A stretch of 64,000 nucleotides of DNA from positions 21,040-85,039 of the forward strand of contig CALRVT010000009.1 of NCBI GenBank assembly GCA_943371675.1, written 5' to 3'. A program made the translations under genes and the position numbers. Under the pieces are notes generated by a model that did not search any database, was not told the DNA's origin, and saw nothing but the letters and a program-made list of their open reading frames with translations. Origin of the DNA: Chitinophaga pinensis (GTDB taxonomy: Bacteria; Bacteroidota; Bacteroidia; Chitinophagales; Chitinophagaceae). Positions 56,695-64,000 of the stretch are shown here, piece by piece; the first letter of the stretch is position 1; each line of letters starts with the position of its first letter.

Positions 56695-57291
56695 TCACAT
56701 TGAAAATACTTCTCCCTGTTTATCCAGGTACTCATTTTCTACGAGTTCCTCTGCAGGTTCTGCCTCATCAAACTCTTTTAGTTTTTCATGAAAGCCTTTG
56801 CTATTTTTTATGATAGCTACCCTTGCACTACGCACAAACTCTATCAACCCATAGGGAGCTAATACCTGAACTAGGTTTTCTGTTTCTGCCCTGTGTCCAC
56901 TGGTTTCAAAAATGGTGTAATCTTTTCTGATCACTACTGCACGGGCACCATGTTCACGTAATAAACGCTCTACCTGAACTTTTTCGGCTATTTCATCTGT
57001 AGGCACTTTGTATAATGCAAGTTCCTGCCATACTATTTCCTCATCGGTATTGTAATAAGCTTTCAATACTTCAACCTGCTTCTCAATTTGCCGGGCCAGT
57101 TTCCGCACCACTTCTTCTGTTTCGTCGATTACAATCGTAAACCGGTGAATACCTTCTGCCTCTGAAGGAGATGTATTCAAACTTTCAATATTGATCTTCC
57201 TTCTTGAGAAGATGGTTGCAATACGAACCAGTAAACCAATATGATTCTCTGTGTAAACGGTTATGGTAAATTCTTTTTTCATAAATGCCAC
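56695..57291 (-). CDS. ilvN: Acetolactate synthase small (regulatory) subunit
   Basis: It has an ACT domain (TITVYTENHIGLLVRIATIFSRRKINIESL). The start may instead be the Met at 57282. Confidence 0.85.
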   Translation of the reverse strand: MAFMKKEFTITVYTENHIGLLVRIATIFSRRKINIESLNTSPSEAEGIHRFTIVIDETEEVVRKLARQIEKQVEVLKAYYNTDEEIVWQELALYKVPTDEIAEKVQVERLLREHGARAVVIRKDYTIFETSGHRAETENLVQVLAPYGLIEFVRSARVAIIKNSKGFHEKLKEFDEAEPAEELVENEYLDKQGEVFSM

Positions 57292-57330
57292 TCCCTTATT
57301 CCCAAAATGGGAATTATTTTTTTAAATAAA

Positions 57331-59097
57331 TTATTTCAACCTTACTTCACTTACGCTACAACCCTGTGGTACCATAGGAAATACATTATTCTCTTTTCCT
57401 ACCATCACTTCCAGCATATAAGAACCATTATGATCTAGCATTGTTTTTAATGCAGATTTCAAATCGGCCCTTTCCGAAACTTTTTGACCCTCAATACCAT
57501 AGCCCTTTGCAACCATTACATAATCCGGACTGGCGATATCAACAAAAGAATATCGTTTGTCGTTAAACAATTGCTGCCATTGACGCACCATACCCAAAAA
57601 CTCATTATTCAAAATGAGGATCTTGACATTAACTTCCGATTGCATGATGGTGCCAAATTCTTGAATGGTCATCTGTATACCACCATCTCCAATGATGGCC
57701 ACCACAGTTCTTTCAGGTGCACCAAACTTGGCGCCAATAGCTGCCGGCAGTCCAAAGCCCATTGTGCCCAAACCACCTGATGTTATATTACTTTTTGACT
57801 GGTTGAATTTTGCATACCTGCAAGCTACCATTTGATGCTGTCCTACATCGGTTACAATAATGGCATCACCGTTGGTCAATTCGTTCAGGTTACGAATTAC
57901 TTCACCCATTGTAAGTATCTCAGAAACTGGGTTCAACTCATCGTGAATCACTTCTTTGATCTCTTCTTTTTCGCAAGCTTTAAATTTCTCCAGCCATTCT
58001 GTATGATTTTTTGCATCAACCAGTCTGGTTAATAAGGGCAATGTTTCTTTACAATCGCCCCATACACCAATAGTTGCTTTTACATTCTTATCTATCTCAG
58101 CAGGATCGATATCCAGATGGATCACTTTTGCCTGTTTTGCATATTTGTCTAAACGGCCGGTAACCCTATCATCAAAGCGCATACCTACTGCAATCAATAC
58201 ATCACATTCGTTGGTCATTACATTGGGACCATAATTTCCATGCATACCCAGCATTCCTACATTCAATGGATGATCTGTAGGAAGTGCACTCAAACCCAAG
58301 ATCGTCCAGGCTGCAGGTAATCCGGCTTTTTCAATAAATTCTTTGAATTCTTTTTCTGCTTTACCCAGTATCACACCCTGTCCAAAAATGACAAATGGTT
58401 TTTTTGCTTCATTGATCAGTTTAGCTGCTTCTTCAACGTATTCCTTACGCACAATGGGTTTGGGGCGATAACTTCTGATATGGTTACATTTTTGATAACC
58501 ATCATAAGCAATTTTCTGGATCTGTGCATTCTTGGTAATATCAACCAATACTGGTCCGGGCCTACCGGTTCTGGCCAAGTAAAAAGCTTTGGCTAATACG
58601 GATGGAATTTCATTGGCATCTGTTACCTGGTAATTCCACTTTGTAACTGGTGTAGTGATATTGATCACATCAGTTTCCTGAAATGCATCGGTACCCAACA
58701 AATGCGCAAATACCTGACCAGTGATAGCCACCAGTGGTGTACTATCAATCATGGCATCTGCCAAACCTGTTACCAGATTGGTAGCACCTGGTCCACTTGT
58801 AGCAAATACCACCCCTACTTTTCCGGATGAACGGGCAAAACCTTGTGCAGCATGAATCCCGCCCTGTTCATGGCGAACAAGTATGTGTTTGAGCCTGTCA
58901 TTGTAATCATATAAAGCATCATAAATGGGCATGATGGCTCCTCCGGGATATCCGAAAACCGTTTCTATACCTTCAGCGATCAATGCTTCCAATACAGCTT
59001 GTGAGCCGGAATATTCACCAGCTCCCTGTTTTGGAACTTGTACTGAAACTTGCTTTTTGCTCGTTTCATTTTTTACTAATTCTTCAACTGTACCCAT
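57331..59097 (-). CDS. ilvB: Acetolactate synthase large subunit (ThDP-dependent)
   Basis: Motifs include ETVFGYPGGAIMPIYDAL and the ThDP motif GDGGIQMTIQEFGT...NN. Total length is 588 aa. Confidence 0.9.
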   Translation of the reverse strand: MGTVEELVKNETSKKQVSVQVPKQGAGEYSGSQAVLEALIAEGIETVFGYPGGAIMPIYDALYDYNDRLKHILVRHEQGGIHAAQGFARSSGKVGVVFATSGPGATNLVTGLADAMIDSTPLVAITGQVFAHLLGTDAFQETDVINITTPVTKWNYQVTDANEIPSVLAKAFYLARTGRPGPVLVDITKNAQIQKIAYDGYQKCNHIRSYRPKPIVRKEYVEEAAKLINEAKKPFVIFGQGVILGKAEKEFKEFIEKAGLPAAWTILGLSALPTDHPLNVGMLGMHGNYGPNVMTNECDVLIAVGMRFDDRVTGRLDKYAKQAKVIHLDIDPAEIDKNVKATIGVWGDCKETLPLLTRLVDAKNHTEWLEKFKACEKEEIKEVIHDELNPVSEILTMGEVIRNLNELTNGDAIIVTDVGQHQMVACRYAKFNQSKSNITSGGLGTMGFGLPAAIGAKFGAPERTVVAIIGDGGIQMTIQEFGTIMQSEVNVKILILNNEFLGMVRQWQQLFNDKRYSFVDIASPDYVMVAKGYGIEGQKVSERADLKSALKTMLDHNGSYMLEVMVGKENNVFPMVPQGCSVSEVRLK

Positions 59098-59149
59098 ACA
59101 ATCATTTTTACTTTATATAATCACCCCTAATATGGGGCAAAGGTTTCTA

Positions 59150-60835
59150 TTACAACATATCTGTTACACAACCTTCTGATGCATCTTTTACCTGTTGTGC
59201 ATATTTGAACAAAACGCCCTTTGTTGCTTTTAATGCTGGCTGCTTCCAACCTGCTTTTCTATTTTCTATCTCGGCTGCTGCTACTTTTAATGCCATTTGC
59301 TTGGTTGCAACATTCAATTCAATTATGTCATCATCCTGCACAAAAGCGATAAGACCGCCCAGATACGCTTCAGGTGTTATATGGCCTACTACAAAACCAT
59401 GTGTACCCCCACTGAATCTGCCATCTGTTATCAAAGCCACTGATTTACCCAAGCCTGCACCAATAATGGCCGATGTTGGCTTCAGCATTTCTGGCATGCC
59501 CGGTGCACCTTTGGGTCCTACATTCCTGATCACGACCACATCACCGGATTTTATTTTTCCTGAATTAATGCCGGCTATTAATTGTTGCTCTCCATCAAAT
59601 ACCCTCGCCGGACCTTCAAAACACTCTCCTTCTTTTCCACTGATTTTTGCCACGCTACCACCTTCCGCCAGATTACCATATAAGATTTGTAAATGCCCTG
59701 TTGCTTTTATCGGCGTCTCAATAGGAAGAATTATTTTTTGCTGATTAAAATCCAGATCAGGTACGTTGGCAACATTTTCAGCCAATGTTTTTCCGGTTAC
59801 TGTTAAACAATCACCATGCAATAAACCTTTTTGCAAAAGGTATTTGGTTACGGCTGGTACACCACCATATTGATGCAGATCCTGCATCAGGTATTTACCA
59901 CTTGGCTTGAAATCTGCCAGTACCGGCACTTTATCACTGATCGCCTGAAAATCATCCTGTGTTAAATTAACATCCACACTCTTGGCCATAGCAATCAAAT
60001 GCAATACAGCATTGGTACTGCCTCCCATAACCATTACCATAGTAATGGCATTTTCAAATGCCTTGCGCGTCATGATATCTTTGGGCTTGATATCTTTTTC
60101 CAATAAATTTCTGATGGCATTGCCAGCATCCAGGCATTCCTGCTTTTTTTCTTCACTCAACGCCGGGTTGGAAGAAGAATAAGGCAAACTCATCCCCAAT
60201 GTTTCTATGGCAGATGCCATGGTATTGGCAGTATACATACCACCACAGGCACCTGCACCCGGACAGGCATTTTTAATAATACCCTTGAAGTCAGCTTCAT
60301 CCAGCTGACCAGCCAATTTTTGTCCCAATGCTTCAAATGCAGAAACAATATTCAAATCCTGGCCATTATAATGACCAGGTGCAATAGTACCACCATACAC
60401 CATGATAGCAGGTCTGTTTAACCTTCCCATTGCGATGATAGAACCAGGCATATTTTTATCACAACCCGGTAAGGCTATTACGCCATCATAATATTGTGCA
60501 CCACATACCGCTTCAATAGAGTCAGCTATGATATCCCTACTCACCAATGAATAACGCATGCCGTCTGTACCATTGCTCATACCGTCACTTACACCAATGG
60601 TATGAAAGATCAATCCCACCAAATCACTTTCCCAAATACCTTTTTTTACCAGTTGTGCAAGATCATTCAAGTGCATATTACAGGTATTGCCATCATAGCC
60701 CATACTCACTACACCTACCTGTGCTTTTTTCAAGTCATCATCAGTTAGGCCAATACCGTATAACATAGCCTGTGCAGCAGGTTGTGTAATGTCTTGTGTG
60801 AGTGTTTTACTGTATTTATTTATTTCGTTTCCCAT
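59150..60835 (-). CDS. ilvD: Dihydroxy-acid dehydratase
   Basis: Motifs include CDKNMPG and [11 protein letters not shown]. Total length is 561 aa. Confidence 0.9.
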   Translation of the reverse strand: MGNEINKYSKTLTQDITQPAAQAMLYGIGLTDDDLKKAQVGVVSMGYDGNTCNMHLNDLAQLVKKGIWESDLVGLIFHTIGVSDGMSNGTDGMRYSLVSRDIIADSIEAVCGAQYYDGVIALPGCDKNMPGSIIAMGRLNRPAIMVYGGTIAPGHYNGQDLNIVSAFEALGQKLAGQLDEADFKGIIKNACPGAGACGGMYTANTMASAIETLGMSLPYSSSNPALSEEKKQECLDAGNAIRNLLEKDIKPKDIMTRKAFENAITMVMVMGGSTNAVLHLIAMAKSVDVNLTQDDFQAISDKVPVLADFKPSGKYLMQDLHQYGGVPAVTKYLLQKGLLHGDCLTVTGKTLAENVANVPDLDFNQQKIILPIETPIKATGHLQILYGNLAEGGSVAKISGKEGECFEGPARVFDGEQQLIAGINSGKIKSGDVVVIRNVGPKGAPGMPEMLKPTSAIIGAGLGKSVALITDGRFSGGTHGFVVGHITPEAYLGGLIAFVQDDDIIELNVATKQMALKVAAAEIENRKAGWKQPALKATKGVLFKYAQQVKDASEGCVTDML

Positions 60836-60856
60836 TCCTTTTTTTTATGTAATTCA

Positions 60857-61768
60857 CTATTCTACGCCTGATATTTCATTCAAGGTTTCCTGCTTATTTT
60901 CCCTGATCAAATTTTGATAAGCATCCTGTATCAATTTGCTTTGTGTATTAGCCCAAGGCATCGTAAAAGGCTTATCATCCAATGATGCTAATCCAATTAC
61001 TTCAGCAGCCGTACCACAATAAAAAGCTGCATCAGCTCCATACAAATCTTCTTTGGTAAACATTTTTTCTTCTACCGGAATATGCAATTCATCACATAAT
61101 TCTAGAACTGTTGCTCTAGTGATACCTGGCAAAATATTTCCGAGCGCAGGTGTATATAATCTGCCATCTTTTTCATAAAAAATATTGGCACCCGGGCCTT
61201 CTGCTATATTTCCGTTCATGTCTGTTAATAAGGCTTCGTCAAATCCATTTGCTTTAGCTTCCTGACTGGCCATGATAGAGTTTACATAATGACCTGCGGC
61301 TTTGGCATGTATCTTAAACCCTTTAGGATTGGGCCTTTCAAAGGAAGATGTCATGATTCGCAAAAGCTTGTCACCCAAAAACGGTCCCATTTCCCAAACC
61401 TGAATTACTATGAATGATTCGGTATTCAACTGAAAACTCATATTGGCAGGTGCATAGATAACCGGTCTGATATAAGCATCCTGAATGCCATTCTTTGCCA
61501 ATAATGTATATGTAACATCTATCAGTTCTTTAGTATCATACGTATAGGGCAAATTAATAGATAAGGCAGAGCGCTTCAATCTTTCAAAATGATCAACCGC
61601 TTTAAAAATCTTAGTTGTGCCATTTACTGTTTTATACGAACGTATTCCCTCAAAAACAGAATAGCCATAGTGGAATGACTGGCTATAAAAATCCATTTTC
61701 GCCTCAGATGCTTTTACAAATGAGCCGTTAAGGTAGAGTACAGTGTTTTCGTTGTAATAATTTGCCAT
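60857..61768 (-). CDS. ilvE: Branched-chain amino acid aminotransferase (fold type IV)
   Basis: The protein is 303 aa with a class IV aminotransferase layout (EGIRSY, E.PGANIF, GITR). The call is supported by its position at the head of the ilv genes. Confidence 0.75.
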   Translation of the reverse strand: MANYYNENTVLYLNGSFVKASEAKMDFYSQSFHYGYSVFEGIRSYKTVNGTTKIFKAVDHFERLKRSALSINLPYTYDTKELIDVTYTLLAKNGIQDAYIRPVIYAPANMSFQLNTESFIVIQVWEMGPFLGDKLLRIMTSSFERPNPKGFKIHAKAAGHYVNSIMASQEAKANGFDEALLTDMNGNIAEGPGANIFYEKDGRLYTPALGNILPGITRATVLELCDELHIPVEEKMFTKEDLYGADAAFYCGTAAEVIGLASLDDKPFTMPWANTQSKLIQDAYQNLIRENKQETLNEISGVE

Positions 61769-61792
61769 AATATTTTTTGTTCTTTGTTAGGG

Positions 61793-61827
61793 AAATAAAA
61801 AGCCCCGCCTTTTTGGAGGCGGGGCTT
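61793..61827 (-). terminator. Intrinsic terminator of the ilv/thr attenuator
   Basis: On the minus strand it reads AAGCCCCGCC-CTCCAAAA-GGCGGGGCTT followed by TTTATTT. It ends about 25 nt upstream of the ilvE ATG. Confidence 0.8.
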
Positions 61828-61844
61828 ATATGCTTAGTATTTTT

Positions 61845-61949
61845 TTACCAGATAAAGACGCTACCTCCATGGAGTGCAGGAATAATAATGACCATCACGA
61901 TCGTAATCGTTGTAATGACGGTATATATATTTTTCATTTTGCGCATCAT
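61845..61949 (-). CDS. Leader peptide MMRKMKNIYTVITTITIVMVIIIPALHGGSVFIW (34 codons)
   Basis: I translated this by hand from the minus strand, as it falls below the ORF-track length cutoff. It contains 8 Ile, 4 Thr and 4 Val codons, and 14 of the 16 codons from 8 to 23 are I/T/V. Its stop codon lies 20 nt before the terminator stem. Confidence 0.7.
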   Translation of the reverse strand: MMRKMKNIYTVITTITIVMVIIIPALHGGSVFIW

Positions 61950-61968
61950 GTTGCAATAGCTTCTCAAA

Positions 61969-61999
61969 CGAAAATACTCCCACCTGCTCAAAAAACAAA
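61969..61999 (-). promoter_or_regulatory. Candidate Bacteroidota-type promoter for the leader (TTTG -33, TATTTTCG -7)
   Basis: On the minus strand TTTG (61999..61996) is followed by 19 nt and then TATTTTCG (61976..61969). The known consensus is TTTG / TAnnTTTG, so there is one mismatch. Confidence 0.25.
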
Positions 62000-62056
62000 G
62001 AACTACTTAAACTATTTTAATAAATGTTACTATTCTTCCGCAATTACTGATAGCTA

Positions 62057-63172
62057 TCAGATAATTGTTGACTTATTCAATTCGGCATTACTTGTATGCT
62101 GATCTTCTCCTGTATGCTTTTCTATATGATCTCTGATCAGATCCCCGATAGCTGTTGTTGCATAATTGTTGATAGCATCAATATCTTTTGTAACAAAGCC
62201 ATGTGCTAATGTCCAGGCAACCGCTTCCCTAACTGCAACAGCTTCTTTCTGCATCTGAAAATGGTCAAGCATCATGGCTGCAGACAGAATGGAGCCAAGC
62301 GGGTTGGCAATATCCTTTCCTGCAGCTTGCGGATAAGAACCATGAATAGGTTCAAACAAAGCTGTTGTATTGCCTACAGATGCAGAAGGCAGCAAACCCA
62401 ATGAACCACTTAAAACACTGGCTTCATCACTAATGATATCGCCAAACATGTTTTCAGTAAGGACCACATCAAATTGTGAAGGATTGATAATGATCTGCAT
62501 GGCTGCATTGTCTACAAACATATAATCAACAGTTACATCACTATATGCTGTGGCTATTTCCTGCACTACTTTACGCCATAAACGGGAAGTTTCCAGCACA
62601 TTGGCCTTATCTACCAGGGTAAGTTTGCGTTTTCTTTTTTGTGCATATTGAAATGCCAGATGCGACACCCTTTCTATTTCACTTCTGCTATAAGAACATT
62701 CATCAATGGCCGACTGCTGATCGGCACTTAATTCTTTTTTTCCAAAATAGATCCCACCTGTTAGCTCACGAAAAATAACAAAATCAACTCCTTTTAATTG
62801 TTTGCTTTTTAAAGGCGATAAATGATGCAGTGAATGATAAGTGCTAATAGGCCTGATATTGGCAAACAATTGTAGCTCCTTACGCAATTTCAGCAAACCC
62901 TGTTCTGGTCTTACTTTGGCAGTAGGGTCGTTATCATATTTTGGATGACCGATAGCACCAAATAAAATAGCATCACTATCTAAACAAATACTTATTGTTT
63001 CATCCGGCAAAGGATTGCCTGTTTTATCAATGGCATCAGCACCCATGATGGCTTCGCGGTAATAAAAATTATGCCCGAAACGCTTCCCTATAGCATCCAG
63101 TACCTTTATAGATTGTCTGGTTACTTCGGGTCCAATACCATCTCCTAATATTACAGCTATCTTCTTTTCCAT
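62057..63172 (-). CDS. leuB: 3-isopropylmalate dehydrogenase
   Basis: Motifs include IAVILGDGIGPEV and NMFGDIISDEAS. Total length is 371 aa. Confidence 0.9.
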   Translation of the reverse strand: MEKKIAVILGDGIGPEVTRQSIKVLDAIGKRFGHNFYYREAIMGADAIDKTGNPLPDETISICLDSDAILFGAIGHPKYDNDPTAKVRPEQGLLKLRKELQLFANIRPISTYHSLHHLSPLKSKQLKGVDFVIFRELTGGIYFGKKELSADQQSAIDECSYSRSEIERVSHLAFQYAQKRKRKLTLVDKANVLETSRLWRKVVQEIATAYSDVTVDYMFVDNAAMQIIINPSQFDVVLTENMFGDIISDEASVLSGSLGLLPSASVGNTTALFEPIHGSYPQAAGKDIANPLGSILSAAMMLDHFQMQKEAVAVREAVAWTLAHGFVTKDIDAINNYATTAIGDLIRDHIEKHTGEDQHTSNAELNKSTII

Positions 63173-63198
63173 ATTTATTTCAGTGCAACCTTTAATAC

Positions 63199-63780
63199 TT
63201 ATAATTTATTTTCAAATGCTTCGATGGCTTCCCTGTTACTGATGAGGTAATCAATATCATCATACCCGTTTAGTAAACATGTTTTTTTATAAAGATTTAT
63301 TTCAAACTTTTCCTCTTCTCCTGTAGAATCTATCAAAATCGACTGTTGCTCCACATCAATACTGATGGTGTCTTCTGCGCCTAATTCAAATAGTTGCGCA
63401 AGAAAATCATCACTTACCTTAACCGGTAAAACACCGTTATTCAATGCATTGTTTTTAAATATGTCTGCAAAGAAACTGGAAACAACTGCTTTGAATCCAT
63501 AGTCTTGTAATGCCCATGCAGCGTGCTCTCTGGAAGAACCACATCCAAAATTTTTACCTGCAACCAAAACCTCGCCACTGAACTTTGCCTGATTCATAAC
63601 AAAATCCGGTTTGGGTTTTGTATCATCATTATTCTCATAACGCCAATCACGAAAGAGATTCTTACCAAAACCATCACGGGTGGTAGCTTTTAAAAACCTG
63701 GCCGGAATGATCTGGTCGGTATCTACATTCTCCATCTGCAAGGGAACAAAGCGACTATGTATTTTTTTTAATGCTATCAT
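63199..63780 (-). CDS. leuD: 3-isopropylmalate dehydratase small subunit
   Basis: Motifs include [14 protein letters not shown] and [13 protein letters not shown]. Total length is 193 aa. Confidence 0.9.
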   Translation of the reverse strand: MIALKKIHSRFVPLQMENVDTDQIIPARFLKATTRDGFGKNLFRDWRYENNDDTKPKPDFVMNQAKFSGEVLVAGKNFGCGSSREHAAWALQDYGFKAVVSSFFADIFKNNALNNGVLPVKVSDDFLAQLFELGAEDTISIDVEQQSILIDSTGEEEKFEINLYKKTCLLNGYDDIDYLISNREAIEAFENKL

Positions 63781-63828
63781 AAACCAACCCTCTATGGGTA
63801 AATTTTTTAATTAATAAAATATAAATGC

Positions 63829-64000
63829 CTAATGGATCGGCTCCAGTTCACGCACATCCGTTATAACCCCAGTGATTGCGGCCGCTGCTGCTGTTAAAGG
63901 ACTGGCCAATAATGTTCTGGCACCTGCGCCCTGCCTGCCTTCAAAATTCCTGTTGCTGGTGCTGATACAATATTCTCCTGCTGGAATCTTATCATCATTC
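63829..64000 (-). CDS. leuC: 3-isopropylmalate dehydratase large subunit, 3' end only (continues beyond window)
   Basis: Hand translation of the minus strand from 63999 gives [56 protein letters not shown]. This contains the aconitase-family [10 protein letters not shown] motif. It is not in the ORF track because no start codon lies within the window. Confidence 0.85.
   Translation of the reverse strand, partial: NDDKIPAGEYCISTSNRNFEGRQGAGARTLLASPLTAAAAAITGVITDVRELEPIH

Noticed and set aside
59205-59744. 179-aa plus-strand ORF antisense to ilvD, and similar antisense ORFs in thrB (51043..51402), thrA and the RND pump gene
   Set aside because: They lie wholly inside strongly supported genes on the other strand. 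Their translations are Pro/Ser/Ala-rich low-complexity sequence with no recognisable motifs.
61777-62102. Plus-strand ORFs 61777..61959 (60 aa) and 61830..62102 (90 aa) in the leuB-ilvE spacer
   Set aside because: Both run against the operon direction and one reads through the terminator hairpin. Their hydrophobic translation is just the antisense of the Ile/Val/Thr leader. The minus-strand leader plus terminator explains the region better.

Overview
This 64-kb window looks like Bacteroidota chromosome, probably Chitinophagaceae or Sphingobacteriia-like. That is an inference from three things: a T9SS type-B cargo gene next to PorP/SprF, the absence of Shine-Dalgarno spacing, and the style of the intergenic hairpin repeats. 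No database search or folding program was run. All calls rest on reading the ORF translations and the DNA by eye, and family names come from remembered motifs.

Layout:
- 1-7.2 kb (+): a tightly spaced six-gene cell-envelope string ending in a POTRA-less Omp85 barrel and an AsmA-like protein.
- 7.4-19.2 kb (+): a 3,565-aa modular adhesin with a T9SS type-B C-terminal domain, followed by its PorP/SprF partner.
- 19.6-25.8 kb: accessory genes, namely an arylsulfatase with a CTAGR active-site motif, an orphan membrane polyferredoxin, an MmeI-family Type IIL restriction-modification enzyme and a 96-aa orphan.
- 26.0-32.3 kb (-): a tetR-tolC-MFP-RND efflux operon with two copies of an 18-nt palindromic operator.
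- 32.3-33.5 kb (-): a GH53 galactanase.
- 33.6-44.1 kb: a compact [NiFe]-hydrogenase island. hypABFCDE and a 64-aa His-rich ORF run divergently from hupS-hupL-cytb-protease. The small subunit carries both extra cysteines typical of O2-tolerant enzymes.
- 44.2-49.1 kb (-): an exported one-Cys MsrB, a GH43/discoidin hydrolase and a penicillin/AHL-acylase family protein.
- 49.3-64.0 kb (-): one co-directional string, leuC'DB-ilvEDBNCA-thrABC.

Best-supported new observations:
- An unannotated 34-codon Ile/Thr/Val-rich leader ORF plus a strong intrinsic terminator lies between leuB and ilvE. It reads as a ribosome-mediated attenuator.
- A roughly 118-bp composite palindromic element sits in the thrA/thrB junction. 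It supplies the thrA stop codon and the only usable thrB start codon.
- GC-stem/TAAA-loop hairpins recur in nearly every intercistronic spacer of that operon.
- A second repeat family (TTAACCGCAAAG...) includes one copy that splits hypC from hypD.

I found no clear multi-gene novel defence or secretion system. The envelope six-gene string and the 64-aa HupE-like ORF are the most speculative candidates.
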